In this document: piece after piece, positions 45,832-54,202 of the stretch | Layout of the letters: each line of letters starts with the position of its first letter | Numbering within the stretch: the first letter of the stretch is position 1 | Source: an uncultured Nitrospiraceae bacterium | Lineage (GTDB): Bacteria > Nitrospirota > UBA9217 | Direction: 5' to 3' | NCBI GenBank assembly: GCA_964364055.1 | Contig: CAYILT010000002.1 | Location: 1-58,026, forward strand | DNA length: 58,026 bases | The notes under the pieces: model-generated | The model's database searches: none | What the model was told of the DNA's origin: nothing | Seen by the model: the letters and a program-made list of their open reading frames with translations, nothing else | Program-made: the position numbers and the translations under genes

Positions 45832-46057
45832 GGTCTGTTCCCCTTTAGTCAGTTATAAATGAAATTCTTGCCAAAATGGCGGAATTTTTGGTAACGTCTT
45901 ATGGTTACGAAGCCCGTATCGTCAAACGTCTTTCGGGTAACGGTAATGCAAAAAGACCGAATGACGTAACCGCTGGACGAAACGGGCGTCGTCACCGTTA
46001 CCGTAACTTTTTGGTTCCGCCTTGTCCAGGTTAGGAATATGATATAGCTTATCTGCT

Positions 46058-47368
46058 TTATGCCTTTCCGCTCAATTGCAGGTCTTCGGAAAAAAGCTTT
46101 GCAGCTCCTTTCGCGGCGCAGAAGCTCCCGCACATGGTGCAGGAATCTTCATGCTCGGGCATGCGGCTTGCGCGGACCGCCTTCGCCTCTTCCGGATAGA
46201 GCGCGAGCTTGAACTGCTTTTCCCAATTGAGGTCCCGGCGCGCTTTGCTGATCTCCATGTCGCGCTGTCTTCCCTTCTCCGGATATTTGTTCATGTCGCC
46301 GATATAGGCGGCGATCTTGGCCGCCTGCACGCCCTGTCGCACATCGTCCTCATTCGGCAGAGCGAGATGTTCCGCAGGCGTGATATAGCATATCAGGTCA
46401 GCGCCGAAGCGGCTCGACTGCGCCGCGCCGATGGCCGCGGTGATATGGTCGAACCCCGGCGCAACGTCCGTGGTTATGGGGCCGAGCATGTAGTAGGGTG
46501 CGCCGCCACTCATCCGTTTCTGGAGCTGGATGTTTCCCTTGATCTCGTCCAGGGGCACGTGTCCCGGCCCCTCGACCAGCATCTGGCATCCCATTTCCCT
46601 GCCGATCTCGGCCAGTTCGCAATTGATTATCAGCTCCTGGATCTGCGCCCGGTCCGAGGAATCGTGGATCGCCCCTGCCCTGAGGCCGTTGCCGAGCGAC
46701 AGGACCACATCGTATTTTTTCAGGATCGAGACGACGCGGTCGAATTTCTCGTATAAAGGATTCTCCCGATTATTGGCAAGCATCCAGGCGACCATGCTCA
46801 CCCCGCCCTTGCTCACCAGGCCGCCGTAGCGGTATCCCTGCTTTCTTAAGCGTTCAATGGTATAGAGGTTGATGCCGCAGTGAATTGCCATGAAGGCGAT
46901 TCCGTCTACGCACTGCTGTTCGATCAGGTCGAAAAGCATTTCTTCATCGAGCTTGTTCGGGTCACCGTACTTCCGGCCGGCCTCACAAAAGGCCTGGTAC
47001 AGGGGGACGTTCCCGACGGGAAGTTCCACGGCCGCGATCACTTCGCGCCGCACCCGGTCCAGGTCGCCGCCCACCGAGAGTTCCATGAGTGTGTCAGCGC
47101 CCGCGGCTTCGGCAATTTTCGCTTTCCTTACCTCCGCGGCGTAGTCGACAATGTCCGACGACGTGCCGATCGAAGCATTCACCTTCGTTCGCAGCCCTTT
47201 GCCGACGCCGACCGCTTTCGGCTGCCTAATCGTGTTTCCGGGAATAACGATTTTCCCCTCTGCTACCATGGTTCGTACATACTCAGTTGATACATCCTCC
47301 GCAGCAGCGACTGTCTCCATCTGCGGTGTAACAAACCCTTTTCGGGCATGCTCTATTTGTGTTGTCAT
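46058..47368 (-). CDS. bzaF: ThiC-family radical SAM enzyme, probable 5-hydroxybenzimidazole synthase
   Basis: 436-aa ThiC homologue with a C-terminal CTMCGSFC. Preceded by cobalamin (not TPP) riboswitches and followed by cobT. Confidence 0.7.
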   Translation of the reverse strand: MTTQIEHARKGFVTPQMETVAAAEDVSTEYVRTMVAEGKIVIPGNTIRQPKAVGVGKGLRTKVNASIGTSSDIVDYAAEVRKAKIAEAAGADTLMELSVGGDLDRVRREVIAAVELPVGNVPLYQAFCEAGRKYGDPNKLDEEMLFDLIEQQCVDGIAFMAIHCGINLYTIERLRKQGYRYGGLVSKGGVSMVAWMLANNRENPLYEKFDRVVSILKKYDVVLSLGNGLRAGAIHDSSDRAQIQELIINCELAEIGREMGCQMLVEGPGHVPLDEIKGNIQLQKRMSGGAPYYMLGPITTDVAPGFDHITAAIGAAQSSRFGADLICYITPAEHLALPNEDDVRQGVQAAKIAAYIGDMNKYPEKGRQRDMEISKARRDLNWEKQFKLALYPEEAKAVRASRMPEHEDSCTMCGSFCAAKGAAKLFSEDLQLSGKA

Positions 47369-47483
47369 AGATAAGCTCCTTATGATTGTGCAATATTGTA
47401 ACCGCTACGCCTTCAAAACTGCGACCTATGACAAAACCGATATTTTTTTCTTTACCATGTTTTTTCTCCTTCCGCGTGCATAT

Positions 47484-47626
47484 GGGAATAAGACGTCTCC
47501 TGGCTTAGGACAACCTACTCGCCGGCCTTCCCACCCCGATCAGGGCAGTGGCACTCGATCAGCTTTCGTTTCCATCACAGTTGCGCGACAGCAGGGGAGT
47601 CGCACCCCTTTCCGCTTTCTTATTCC
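47484..47626 (-). promoter_or_regulatory. Cobalamin riboswitch, proximal member of a tandem pair (bzaF leader)
   Basis: GGAAUAAGAAAGCGGAAAGGGGUGCGACUCCCCUGCUGUCGCGCAACUGU, GCCACUG, GGGAAGG and the B12 box AGCCAGGAGACGUC. Confidence 0.8.
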
Positions 47627-47640
47627 ACCGTACTATAAAA

Positions 47641-47680
47641 TAAATAAATCCCCGGTCTTCTACTCAAGACCGAGGATTAA
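47641..47680 (-). terminator. Intrinsic terminator (expression platform of the distal riboswitch)
   Basis: AAUCCUCGGUCUU-GAGUAG-AAGACCGGGGAUU: a 13-bp stem followed by UAUUUAUUUUAU. Confidence 0.65.
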
Positions 47681-47691
47681 AGAAACGCCTT

Positions 47692-47893
47692 AACCCACAC
47701 ATGATCTTAACGCCGAAGAATGTGCGAAATTGTTCAAGCAGGTCTTCTGGCTCTCCCCCCCCTTTACCGGCCTTCCCAGCCAGAACACCGGCCAGTGGCG
47801 CAATTTGTAGTAAAGAGTTCGACCCCATAGTGCAGGGTCAGGATTACAGCGGCGGGTCCGCTCCCGATTTTAACGGGATTCCCTTAGCTTGAA
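47692..47893 (-). promoter_or_regulatory. Cobalamin riboswitch, distal member of the tandem pair
   Basis: AAGGGAAUCCCGUUAAAAUCGGGAGCGGACCCGCCGCUGUAA, GCCACUGG, GGGAAGG and the B12 box AGCCAGAAGACCUGC. Its 3' part is near-identical to the btuF riboswitch. Confidence 0.8.
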
Positions 47894-47980
47894 TGTGAAA
47901 CTGTTATATATGCTTTTTTTATACCACGTGCGTCATGCAAAGTCAATTCACTTTCTTTGGGGGCCTCATAGGTATAATTA

Positions 47981-49486
47981 TCAGGATTTATAAAATATTC
48001 CATCTATCTCGTTTTCCGTTTCTCGAACCAGAGAGGCTATTCGCTCCTTGTCAAATCGCCCTCCTCCTTCTAGAGCTGTCAGGCCATCCTCAAAGACCTT
48101 TACGATTAAATGGTTCACCTTTACATATCTTTCCAGCATACCGGGTGGCTCAATATCCTTACCGCTCCAGGTTCCGTCCATTCTCCCAAAGAGGATATTG
48201 GTAATCCGCCTCATGATATCGGCAAGGTCGGCGACTTCAGGTTTTTTAAAATAGGCTGTCCCTTCATAGGAAGAAGAACGTTGAAGTTCAAGACGTTTTT
48301 CTTTTTTGAGATTATGATATGCCTGTGTTCCTTCCAGAACAATCTGGTGGTGGTAAAGCACGTTTGCGGTAACAGGGAGATTTTTCAGCAGAGCATTCCT
48401 CTTCAGGAATTCAAAATTAATGCGCACATCCCCCAGCGAGGAATCCGGCTCGAACATGATGAACCCGACATTCGGCTCCACGCCATGTTTTCGGAGGATA
48501 GTGAGCGCCCTCTCATTCTGTGCCACCGTGGTCATTTTATTCATCCGTTTGAGCGACTCGTCTTTCCCGCTTTCTAACCCGATGAGAATGTGGCGGAGAC
48601 CGGCATCCACCAGAACGCCAATGGTTCCCTCATGGATATCATTGACCCTTCCTTCGATGCCGAACCGGATGCTTCTGGGCTTCAGAAGTGATGCAATTCG
48701 AAGGGCCCTGTCCTGGCCTTCCTGACCGGGACCGAAAAAGTTGGGGTCAGTAAAATAGAAATCCCTCAAACCTTTTTTCGAAATGATTGCGTCAATTTCC
48801 TCGGCGATATTCTCAGGGCTCCTCCCTCGCCAGGGGCTCCCGGGCCCATAAAAAGAATTAACGTAACAGAAGGTGCATCTCCCGTAGCATCCGCGGCTTC
48901 CCAGCAGATTCACCTCGGGCAGCCGGTACATCGCCTCAGTGCGGACAGGAAAAGGAAGGCAATCGAGGTTCTCGACGGGTTTCTGTTTTATATACTTGAT
49001 GCCGCCAGCTCCGTCTCTTCGCGCAAAACCGGGGACGCAAGGCGTGTCATGCCCGAATGACGCGGACCCGGCAAGGTCTGCAAACGGCCCTTCAGGCTCT
49101 CCGATAATGACCGAATTGATGGCGTGGCAGCTTGTCAGGATATCTTCAAAAGAAATCGTGGCATAAAAACCGTATGCAATTATAAAAGAGGCTTGCTCTT
49201 TTCTCTTCACCCCTTCGAGAAAATCGAAGAGAGCGAGATCCTTCCGCCAGTGGTAGACGATATGCACTCCGAGAATATCCGGCTTCACGGCATTCACCCT
49301 GTCCGCGAGCTCACTATAGGAAAGTCTGTCCAGATAACCTTCCACGATCTCGACCTCATGTCCTTTTCCTTTCAGCATTCCGGCCGCATAACCGCTCAGA
49401 AGACATGAGGAGAGGGGGGTGTTCGCAATATCATTGCACCGTTCAGGAGTAACGCTGCGCGGATGTTCCAGTAGCAGTATCTTCAT
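47981..49486 (-). CDS. bzaE: B12-binding radical SAM methyltransferase (BzaE-like by position)
   Basis: Start moved to MKILLLEH. N-terminal cobalamin-binding domain and CYGRCTFC radical SAM motif. ATGA overlap with the upstream gene. Confidence 0.6.
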   Translation of the reverse strand: MKILLLEHPRSVTPERCNDIANTPLSSCLLSGYAAGMLKGKGHEVEIVEGYLDRLSYSELADRVNAVKPDILGVHIVYHWRKDLALFDFLEGVKRKEQASFIIAYGFYATISFEDILTSCHAINSVIIGEPEGPFADLAGSASFGHDTPCVPGFARRDGAGGIKYIKQKPVENLDCLPFPVRTEAMYRLPEVNLLGSRGCYGRCTFCYVNSFYGPGSPWRGRSPENIAEEIDAIISKKGLRDFYFTDPNFFGPGQEGQDRALRIASLLKPRSIRFGIEGRVNDIHEGTIGVLVDAGLRHILIGLESGKDESLKRMNKMTTVAQNERALTILRKHGVEPNVGFIMFEPDSSLGDVRINFEFLKRNALLKNLPVTANVLYHHQIVLEGTQAYHNLKKEKRLELQRSSSYEGTAYFKKPEVADLADIMRRITNILFGRMDGTWSGKDIEPPGMLERYVKVNHLIVKVFEDGLTALEGGGRFDKERIASLVRETENEIDGIFYKS

Positions 49487-50823
49487 GTGGCTGCCCCGAC
49501 TTCCTGCCACATGAACACGTTTTTGGAGAGATGCAGAGCTTCCAGGCGGTACCTGAAGGCATCGAACGGTCTCGGGTTATAGTAGGTCGGATAAAGAAGA
49601 TCGGTATCCGGCCCTATGATTCCACCCGCTCTGGCCAGCGCTTCCATGCGTGTTCCCGGCAAAATTCTTATATTATTCAACACGACGGTACCGAGATTTT
49701 TCTTCCTGCTATGCTGATCATAGATCTTCTCTAGAAAGCGAAATCCCTTATCGCAGGTTTTTTCCGTTTCACCCGGAGCATTCACCATGAAGTGGTAAAC
49801 GCTCATGACGTCGGTTCTTGCGGCGAGTTCGGCGGCTTTCAGAATATCGCTTTCATTGAGCCTTTTGTCGAGCACATCAAGGGCTTCCTGGCACAGACCG
49901 TCAGGAGAAAATGAGAAACACTCACATCCCGCTTTTTCAAAGAGGGCTGCGTTTTTTTCGTTAAAATGATCTTCCCTCATAAAGCCATCCCATTTGAGCT
50001 TCAGTTTTCTCCGGAGGATTTCATGACAGATATTTTCAAGGTGGTCACTGGGGAAATTCACGATCGGATCGGTAAAGTGAAAACGTTCAATGCCGTATTC
50101 CTTATGCAAGGACTCCAGCTCATCCACGGCGTCACGCGGCGGCCGGCAGCGTAGCTGCCTCCCCTGTAAGGCGGGATAAACGCAGTACGCGCAATGAAAA
50201 GGACAGCCGCGCTTTGTTTCGATCCCCAGGGAAGGCACATAATTATTTATCTTTAAGTAGCGGGTAGGGTCCAGCAGGTTCCTGCTCGGTCGCGCGTAAT
50301 GAACCATATCAACGCATTCAGCGGGAGCGTCGATCGTCACTCCATTCCTCGTGCGCCTGCACAGCCCTTTTATGAGAGGCGGGTTTTCAAGAGAAGCGAT
50401 GAGTAGCGGCAAGGATGTTTCCGCTTCTCCTATAATGCCGTAATGAAGCTCAGGCGCCTCGCGCATCAACCGTTCGGGAAAAAGAGAAAAAGCCGTGCCG
50501 CCGGCGATAATCCATGATTTCGGCATGACAGCGGCAACAAGTCTGGCGGTAACCAGGAACGGGGGAATGAGTGAACTGGTCTTGTTTGCAAGGGGATCTA
50601 TGTTCCGCAATGATAACCCCACGACATCCGGTCTGAAGATAAGAAGCCTGTTCTTCACGGCGCCGAAGGGATCCGGCTCGATATTCATATCGATGATTTC
50701 GACCTCATAGCCGCGGTCCTGAAGGGAACCGGCCAGGATGACGATCCCAATGGGGTAGACTCTTTCTTGCGATACCCCCTCTACGGAAAGTGTCTGTATG
50801 AATAGGACCCGCATGCTGTTCAC
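49483..50823 (-). CDS. bzaD: B12-binding radical SAM methyltransferase (BzaD-like by position)
   Basis: N-terminal B12-binding domain, CPFHCAYC motif. 4-bp overlaps on both sides. Confidence 0.6.
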   Translation of the reverse strand: MNSMRVLFIQTLSVEGVSQERVYPIGIVILAGSLQDRGYEVEIIDMNIEPDPFGAVKNRLLIFRPDVVGLSLRNIDPLANKTSSLIPPFLVTARLVAAVMPKSWIIAGGTAFSLFPERLMREAPELHYGIIGEAETSLPLLIASLENPPLIKGLCRRTRNGVTIDAPAECVDMVHYARPSRNLLDPTRYLKINNYVPSLGIETKRGCPFHCAYCVYPALQGRQLRCRPPRDAVDELESLHKEYGIERFHFTDPIVNFPSDHLENICHEILRRKLKLKWDGFMREDHFNEKNAALFEKAGCECFSFSPDGLCQEALDVLDKRLNESDILKAAELAARTDVMSVYHFMVNAPGETEKTCDKGFRFLEKIYDQHSRKKNLGTVVLNNIRILPGTRMEALARAGGIIGPDTDLLYPTYYNPRPFDAFRYRLEALHLSKNVFMWQEVGAAT

Positions 50824-52373
50824 TCCAGCAGTATCAAGGCAAAGTATTTTACAAAATCATCTTTATTGTTCAGGGTTCTCAAAGTTGCTCCTGCATGCCG
50901 AGCGGTCTCAAAAACGTCGATGCCCGCACCTTCCATGGAAGGCCTGGAATTCACGGTGTTCGTGCATGGTCCGTTTTTTGCGCAGGGCTCGCAGAGGGAA
51001 CACGGACCCGCCCAGTAAGAAAAGGCTTTATGAAAACCCGCCTTGAAGGCCGCGCGCTCAGCCTGCAAGACTCGTAACTGAAAAGTCCTCGTCGGAGGTT
51101 CCCCCTCCAGGAGCAATGCCTGCTTGAAGTCTTTCACCGTCTCCCTGGTCTTCTTCGGTGAAGGGCTGTTGGGAGGACAGTGGGGGTTGCCGTATCTGTC
51201 ACATCCAAACCGGCATCGGAGCTCCGTCCAGTCCGCGATTTGGATGTCCTCTGTCTTTATACGATACACTTTTTTAAAACCCTGAGCATGAATTTTTGAA
51301 ACCAGAAGGTCTGTCGTATTAAGATGCAGAGACCCGATGGCGGCCTTATCCTTTGAGGCGAAGAGAACAGCCGTATCGGTCTTCAACCGGACCAGGTCCG
51401 TACAGGAAAGCCCCAGATGAAGCAGCTGTTCCTGAACAGACTTCCCTGAAAAAACTCCGCCGTTGAACGTGTTGATGAACATGTTCAGATCGCTCAGCGC
51501 CGCCTTTCCCGGGCAGTGCTCCAAAAAAAAATCATGGATCAGCAGAAGGCCGTGGTTCCCGAGACAATCAGCGGCGGAGAGAAGGATATGCGGCAGCTCT
51601 TTCTCGGAATAGGCATGAAGAATGTTCGAGAGAATAACAAGGTCAAAACCTTGTTTTTTAACCGGCCAGGGCTCCAGGATGTTTGCCGGGCAGTACTGCA
51701 GCCTGCTGTCGAGCCCCCGATCCGACAACAACTCCCGGGTTTGCTCAAGGACTTCCGGCAGGTCGATGACGGTCGCATGCGTGAGAGGAAAATGTTCAAG
51801 AAAGGCCGCGGCAATGGCGCCCGAGCCGGCGCCGACATCGAGTATCTCTCCCTTCTCTGAACGAGCCCCGAAGAATGCGACAATTTCACGCGCCTTTATT
51901 TTTGCAATGCCATCCATGGCGCGGATATATTTTTGTATACGTTTAACTCTCTCCGAAGAGCTGTCATGGCTGTTGTAATCCACCCTTCCGCCTTCCTTAA
52001 GGCAGTCTTTCAGACCGTTCCAGCCCGAACACAGGTATTTCCGCCAGAGAATGGAATCACCCTGATACTGATCCTTGCCACGCACCAGATAGTTGCTCGA
52101 TAGTTTTGTGTTGAAATACCGCTGGCCCTCGTTCGTTACCAGCCCCATTGCGCCAAGAGCCCGCAGAAACCGTTCGATCCCATGGAGCTTTGCATCAAGC
52201 GCTCTGGATAGTTCTTCAATGGTTGCCCCCTCCGTCCCGACAAGGGAAAAGAGGTCCATTTCAACGGCCGTAAAGAGAACCTCCGAGAACCAGTACCCGG
52301 TAGCGAGATCTTCGAGATACTGTGGTCCTGTATCCTGTGCATCGTAGCTCTGAAATGGCAAGGTCTTGTTCAT
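50820..52373 (-). CDS. bzaC: SAM-dependent O-methyltransferase (BzaC-like) fused to a Cys-rich DUF2284-like domain
   Basis: Dimerisation/winged-helix N-terminus, SAM motif ILDVGAGSGAIAAAF. C-terminal about 170 aa has CRFGCDRYGNPHCPP...CSLCEPC. Confidence 0.6.
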   Translation of the reverse strand: MNKTLPFQSYDAQDTGPQYLEDLATGYWFSEVLFTAVEMDLFSLVGTEGATIEELSRALDAKLHGIERFLRALGAMGLVTNEGQRYFNTKLSSNYLVRGKDQYQGDSILWRKYLCSGWNGLKDCLKEGGRVDYNSHDSSSERVKRIQKYIRAMDGIAKIKAREIVAFFGARSEKGEILDVGAGSGAIAAAFLEHFPLTHATVIDLPEVLEQTRELLSDRGLDSRLQYCPANILEPWPVKKQGFDLVILSNILHAYSEKELPHILLSAADCLGNHGLLLIHDFFLEHCPGKAALSDLNMFINTFNGGVFSGKSVQEQLLHLGLSCTDLVRLKTDTAVLFASKDKAAIGSLHLNTTDLLVSKIHAQGFKKVYRIKTEDIQIADWTELRCRFGCDRYGNPHCPPNSPSPKKTRETVKDFKQALLLEGEPPTRTFQLRVLQAERAAFKAGFHKAFSYWAGPCSLCEPCAKNGPCTNTVNSRPSMEGAGIDVFETARHAGATLRTLNNKDDFVKYFALILLE

Positions 52374-52384
52374 AAAATAAAAAT

Positions 52385-52423
52385 CCAGCAGGGGATTCGC
52401 ACCCCTTTCCGCTTTCTTATTCC
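52385..52423 (-). repeat. Truncated 5' fragment of a cobalamin riboswitch
   Basis: CCAGCAGGGGATTCGCACCCCTTTCCGCTTTCTTATTCC matches 47589..47626 (the 5' end of the bzaF-proximal riboswitch) at 37 of 38 positions. It ends 11 nt before the bzaC start codon. Confidence 0.7.
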
Positions 52424-52476
52424 TCCAGCCTCATTTTTTTGGAAACGACATTTCCTGTTGGATTTCCGCTCCCCGT

Positions 52477-53253
52477 TCAGACGTGGTCCTCAAAGCTCAC
52501 ATAGGTATTACCGGATACCGTTCGCTTCACCTCGATATCCACATCGAAGGTTTCCTTCAGCGCCCCGCCGGTCAACACGTCGGCCGGCTTTCCCATCCCG
52601 TGGACCCGTCCGTCCTTGATCAGCATCACCTTCTCGAACTGAAGCGCCAGGTTGATGTCATGAAGCGCCATGATAACGGAGAGCCCACGGCTCTCCCGAA
52701 GCTGTTTGAGAAGCCGCAAAAAATCGATCTGATACTTGATGTCCAGGTTCGCGAGCGGCTCGTCCAGAAGCAGGATGCCGGCGCCCTGGATCAGGGTCAT
52801 GGCAAGGAACACCCGCCGCCGTTCCCCTCCGCTGAGGTTCGTTACGAACGCATCGGCCTTGTCCGCCACGCCGACCATATTCATGGCATCGTCCACGGTC
52901 ATCGTCGGCGGTATCTCGTAGGGATAGAGACCCATGCCCACGATCTCCCGGACCGTAAACGGCACATGCACGTCAAGATGCTGGGGAAAATAGCACAGGA
53001 GCTTGGCCCGGTCCCTGTTCCGATAGCCGCTGAGCGGCTTGTTCCAGAGAATGACCTCCCCCTGAGAGGGCCGCAGCATGCCGGCCGCGATCTTGAGGAT
53101 CGTGGACTTGCCCGAGCCGTTCGCGCCGAGCAGGCCGATGATCTCCCGCTCATGGACCGAACAGGAAAGGTCGTGCACGATCCGGCCGTTGCCCGGGTAG
53201 TTGAACGAGATGTTCGCCATTTCGAGGATGGGACCGTCAAATACTGAGGACAT
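52477..53253 (-). CDS. btuD: ABC importer ATPase (vitamin B12 / iron-complex type)
   Basis: Walker A GANGSGKST, LSGGERRR, LLLDEP. Confidence 0.85.
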   Translation of the reverse strand: MSSVFDGPILEMANISFNYPGNGRIVHDLSCSVHEREIIGLLGANGSGKSTILKIAAGMLRPSQGEVILWNKPLSGYRNRDRAKLLCYFPQHLDVHVPFTVREIVGMGLYPYEIPPTMTVDDAMNMVGVADKADAFVTNLSGGERRRVFLAMTLIQGAGILLLDEPLANLDIKYQIDFLRLLKQLRESRGLSVIMALHDINLALQFEKVMLIKDGRVHGMGKPADVLTGGALKETFDVDIEVKRTVSGNTYVSFEDHV

Positions 53254-54202
53254 CTTTCCTCCTCAGGAGATAGAGAAAATAGGGCGCTCCGAAGACCGCG
53301 GTCACCGTTCCTGACGGCAGTTCCATCGGCGGCATTATCGATCTCCCCACAAGGTCCGCGAAGCAGAGGAACGCACCGCCCGCGACGGCCGAGGCCGGTA
53401 CGAGCAGACGGCTGTCCCCGCCGAGCAGGAACCGGACGATATGCGGCATGAGCAGGCCGATGAACCCTATCGTACCGCCCAGCGATACGGACGCCGACGT
53501 CATCAGCGCCATGGCGGCGAACAGGATGAGCCGTTCCCGCTGCACCGCGAAGCCGAGGCTGTGGGCGAACTCGTCTCCCAGGATCATCGCGTTCAGGGCC
53601 TTGGACCGCGACAGGACCAGCCCCATCCCGAGCAGGATAAAGACCGAGGCCGAAGGAATGAGCGACCAGTCCGCCATGGACAGATCGCCGAACATCCAGA
53701 GCACAGCACGGCGGAGACCTTCGTCCGACGAGACGCTCATGAGCAGCATCAGCACCGCGCTGAACAGAAAGTTCAGGCCGATCCCGGCGAGCAGCAGCCG
53801 CTCGGGCCACAACCCTCCCCGTTTCCACCCGAAAGCCCCGACCAGCACGCTGACGAGGGACGCGCCGATGAACGCGGTCAGCGGTACGCTCATGCTTCCG
53901 AAAAAATAGAACCCCGAGAGCAGCCCCAGCGCGGCGCTCAGCGAAGCGCCGCTCGATATGCCGAGAATGTAGGGATCGGCAAGAGGGTTGCGCAGGACAC
54001 CTTGCAAAATCGCGCCCGAAGCTCCCAGGGCCATGCCCATGAGCATTGCCACAACCACCCGCGGCATGCGGATCGAATAGAGGATCTCCCGGTCCATGGT
54101 GGTGAGGCTGAAGGGGTTGATCATGCGCGGTCCTGCGAACAGGGCGAGCAGCAGAATGCCCAGCACGACGGCGCTGAATAGGATCATCCTTAGCGGACGC
54201 AT
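53237..54202 (-). CDS. btuC: FecCD-family permease
   Basis: 321-aa polytopic protein ending ...VTAVFGAPYFLYLLRR. Confidence 0.85.
   Translation of the reverse strand: MRPLRMILFSAVVLGILLLALFAGPRMINPFSLTTMDREILYSIRMPRVVVAMLMGMALGASGAILQGVLRNPLADPYILGISSGASLSAALGLLSGFYFFGSMSVPLTAFIGASLVSVLVGAFGWKRGGLWPERLLLAGIGLNFLFSAVLMLLMSVSSDEGLRRAVLWMFGDLSMADWSLIPSASVFILLGMGLVLSRSKALNAMILGDEFAHSLGFAVQRERLILFAAMALMTSASVSLGGTIGFIGLLMPHIVRFLLGGDSRLLVPASAVAGGAFLCFADLVGRSIMPPMELPSGTVTAVFGAPYFLYLLRRKDVLSI

Noticed and set aside
45849-46133. A 94-aa ORF in the bzaF-cobT spacer
   Set aside because: It overlaps the bzaF 3' end, has no coding-like composition, and is dominated by GTTAC/GTAAC repeats.
47981-50823. 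The two B12-radical SAM enzymes as RiPP or other natural-product maturases
   Set aside because: No precursor-peptide-like small ORF is nearby. The context (bzaC-like methyltransferase, thiC-like gene, cobT, cobalamin riboswitches) fits the anaerobic DMB pathway.
52899-53828. A 309-aa minus-strand ORF rich in Arg/Ala/Gly
   Set aside because: It is an alternative frame of btuC and btuD, both of which have clear family motifs.
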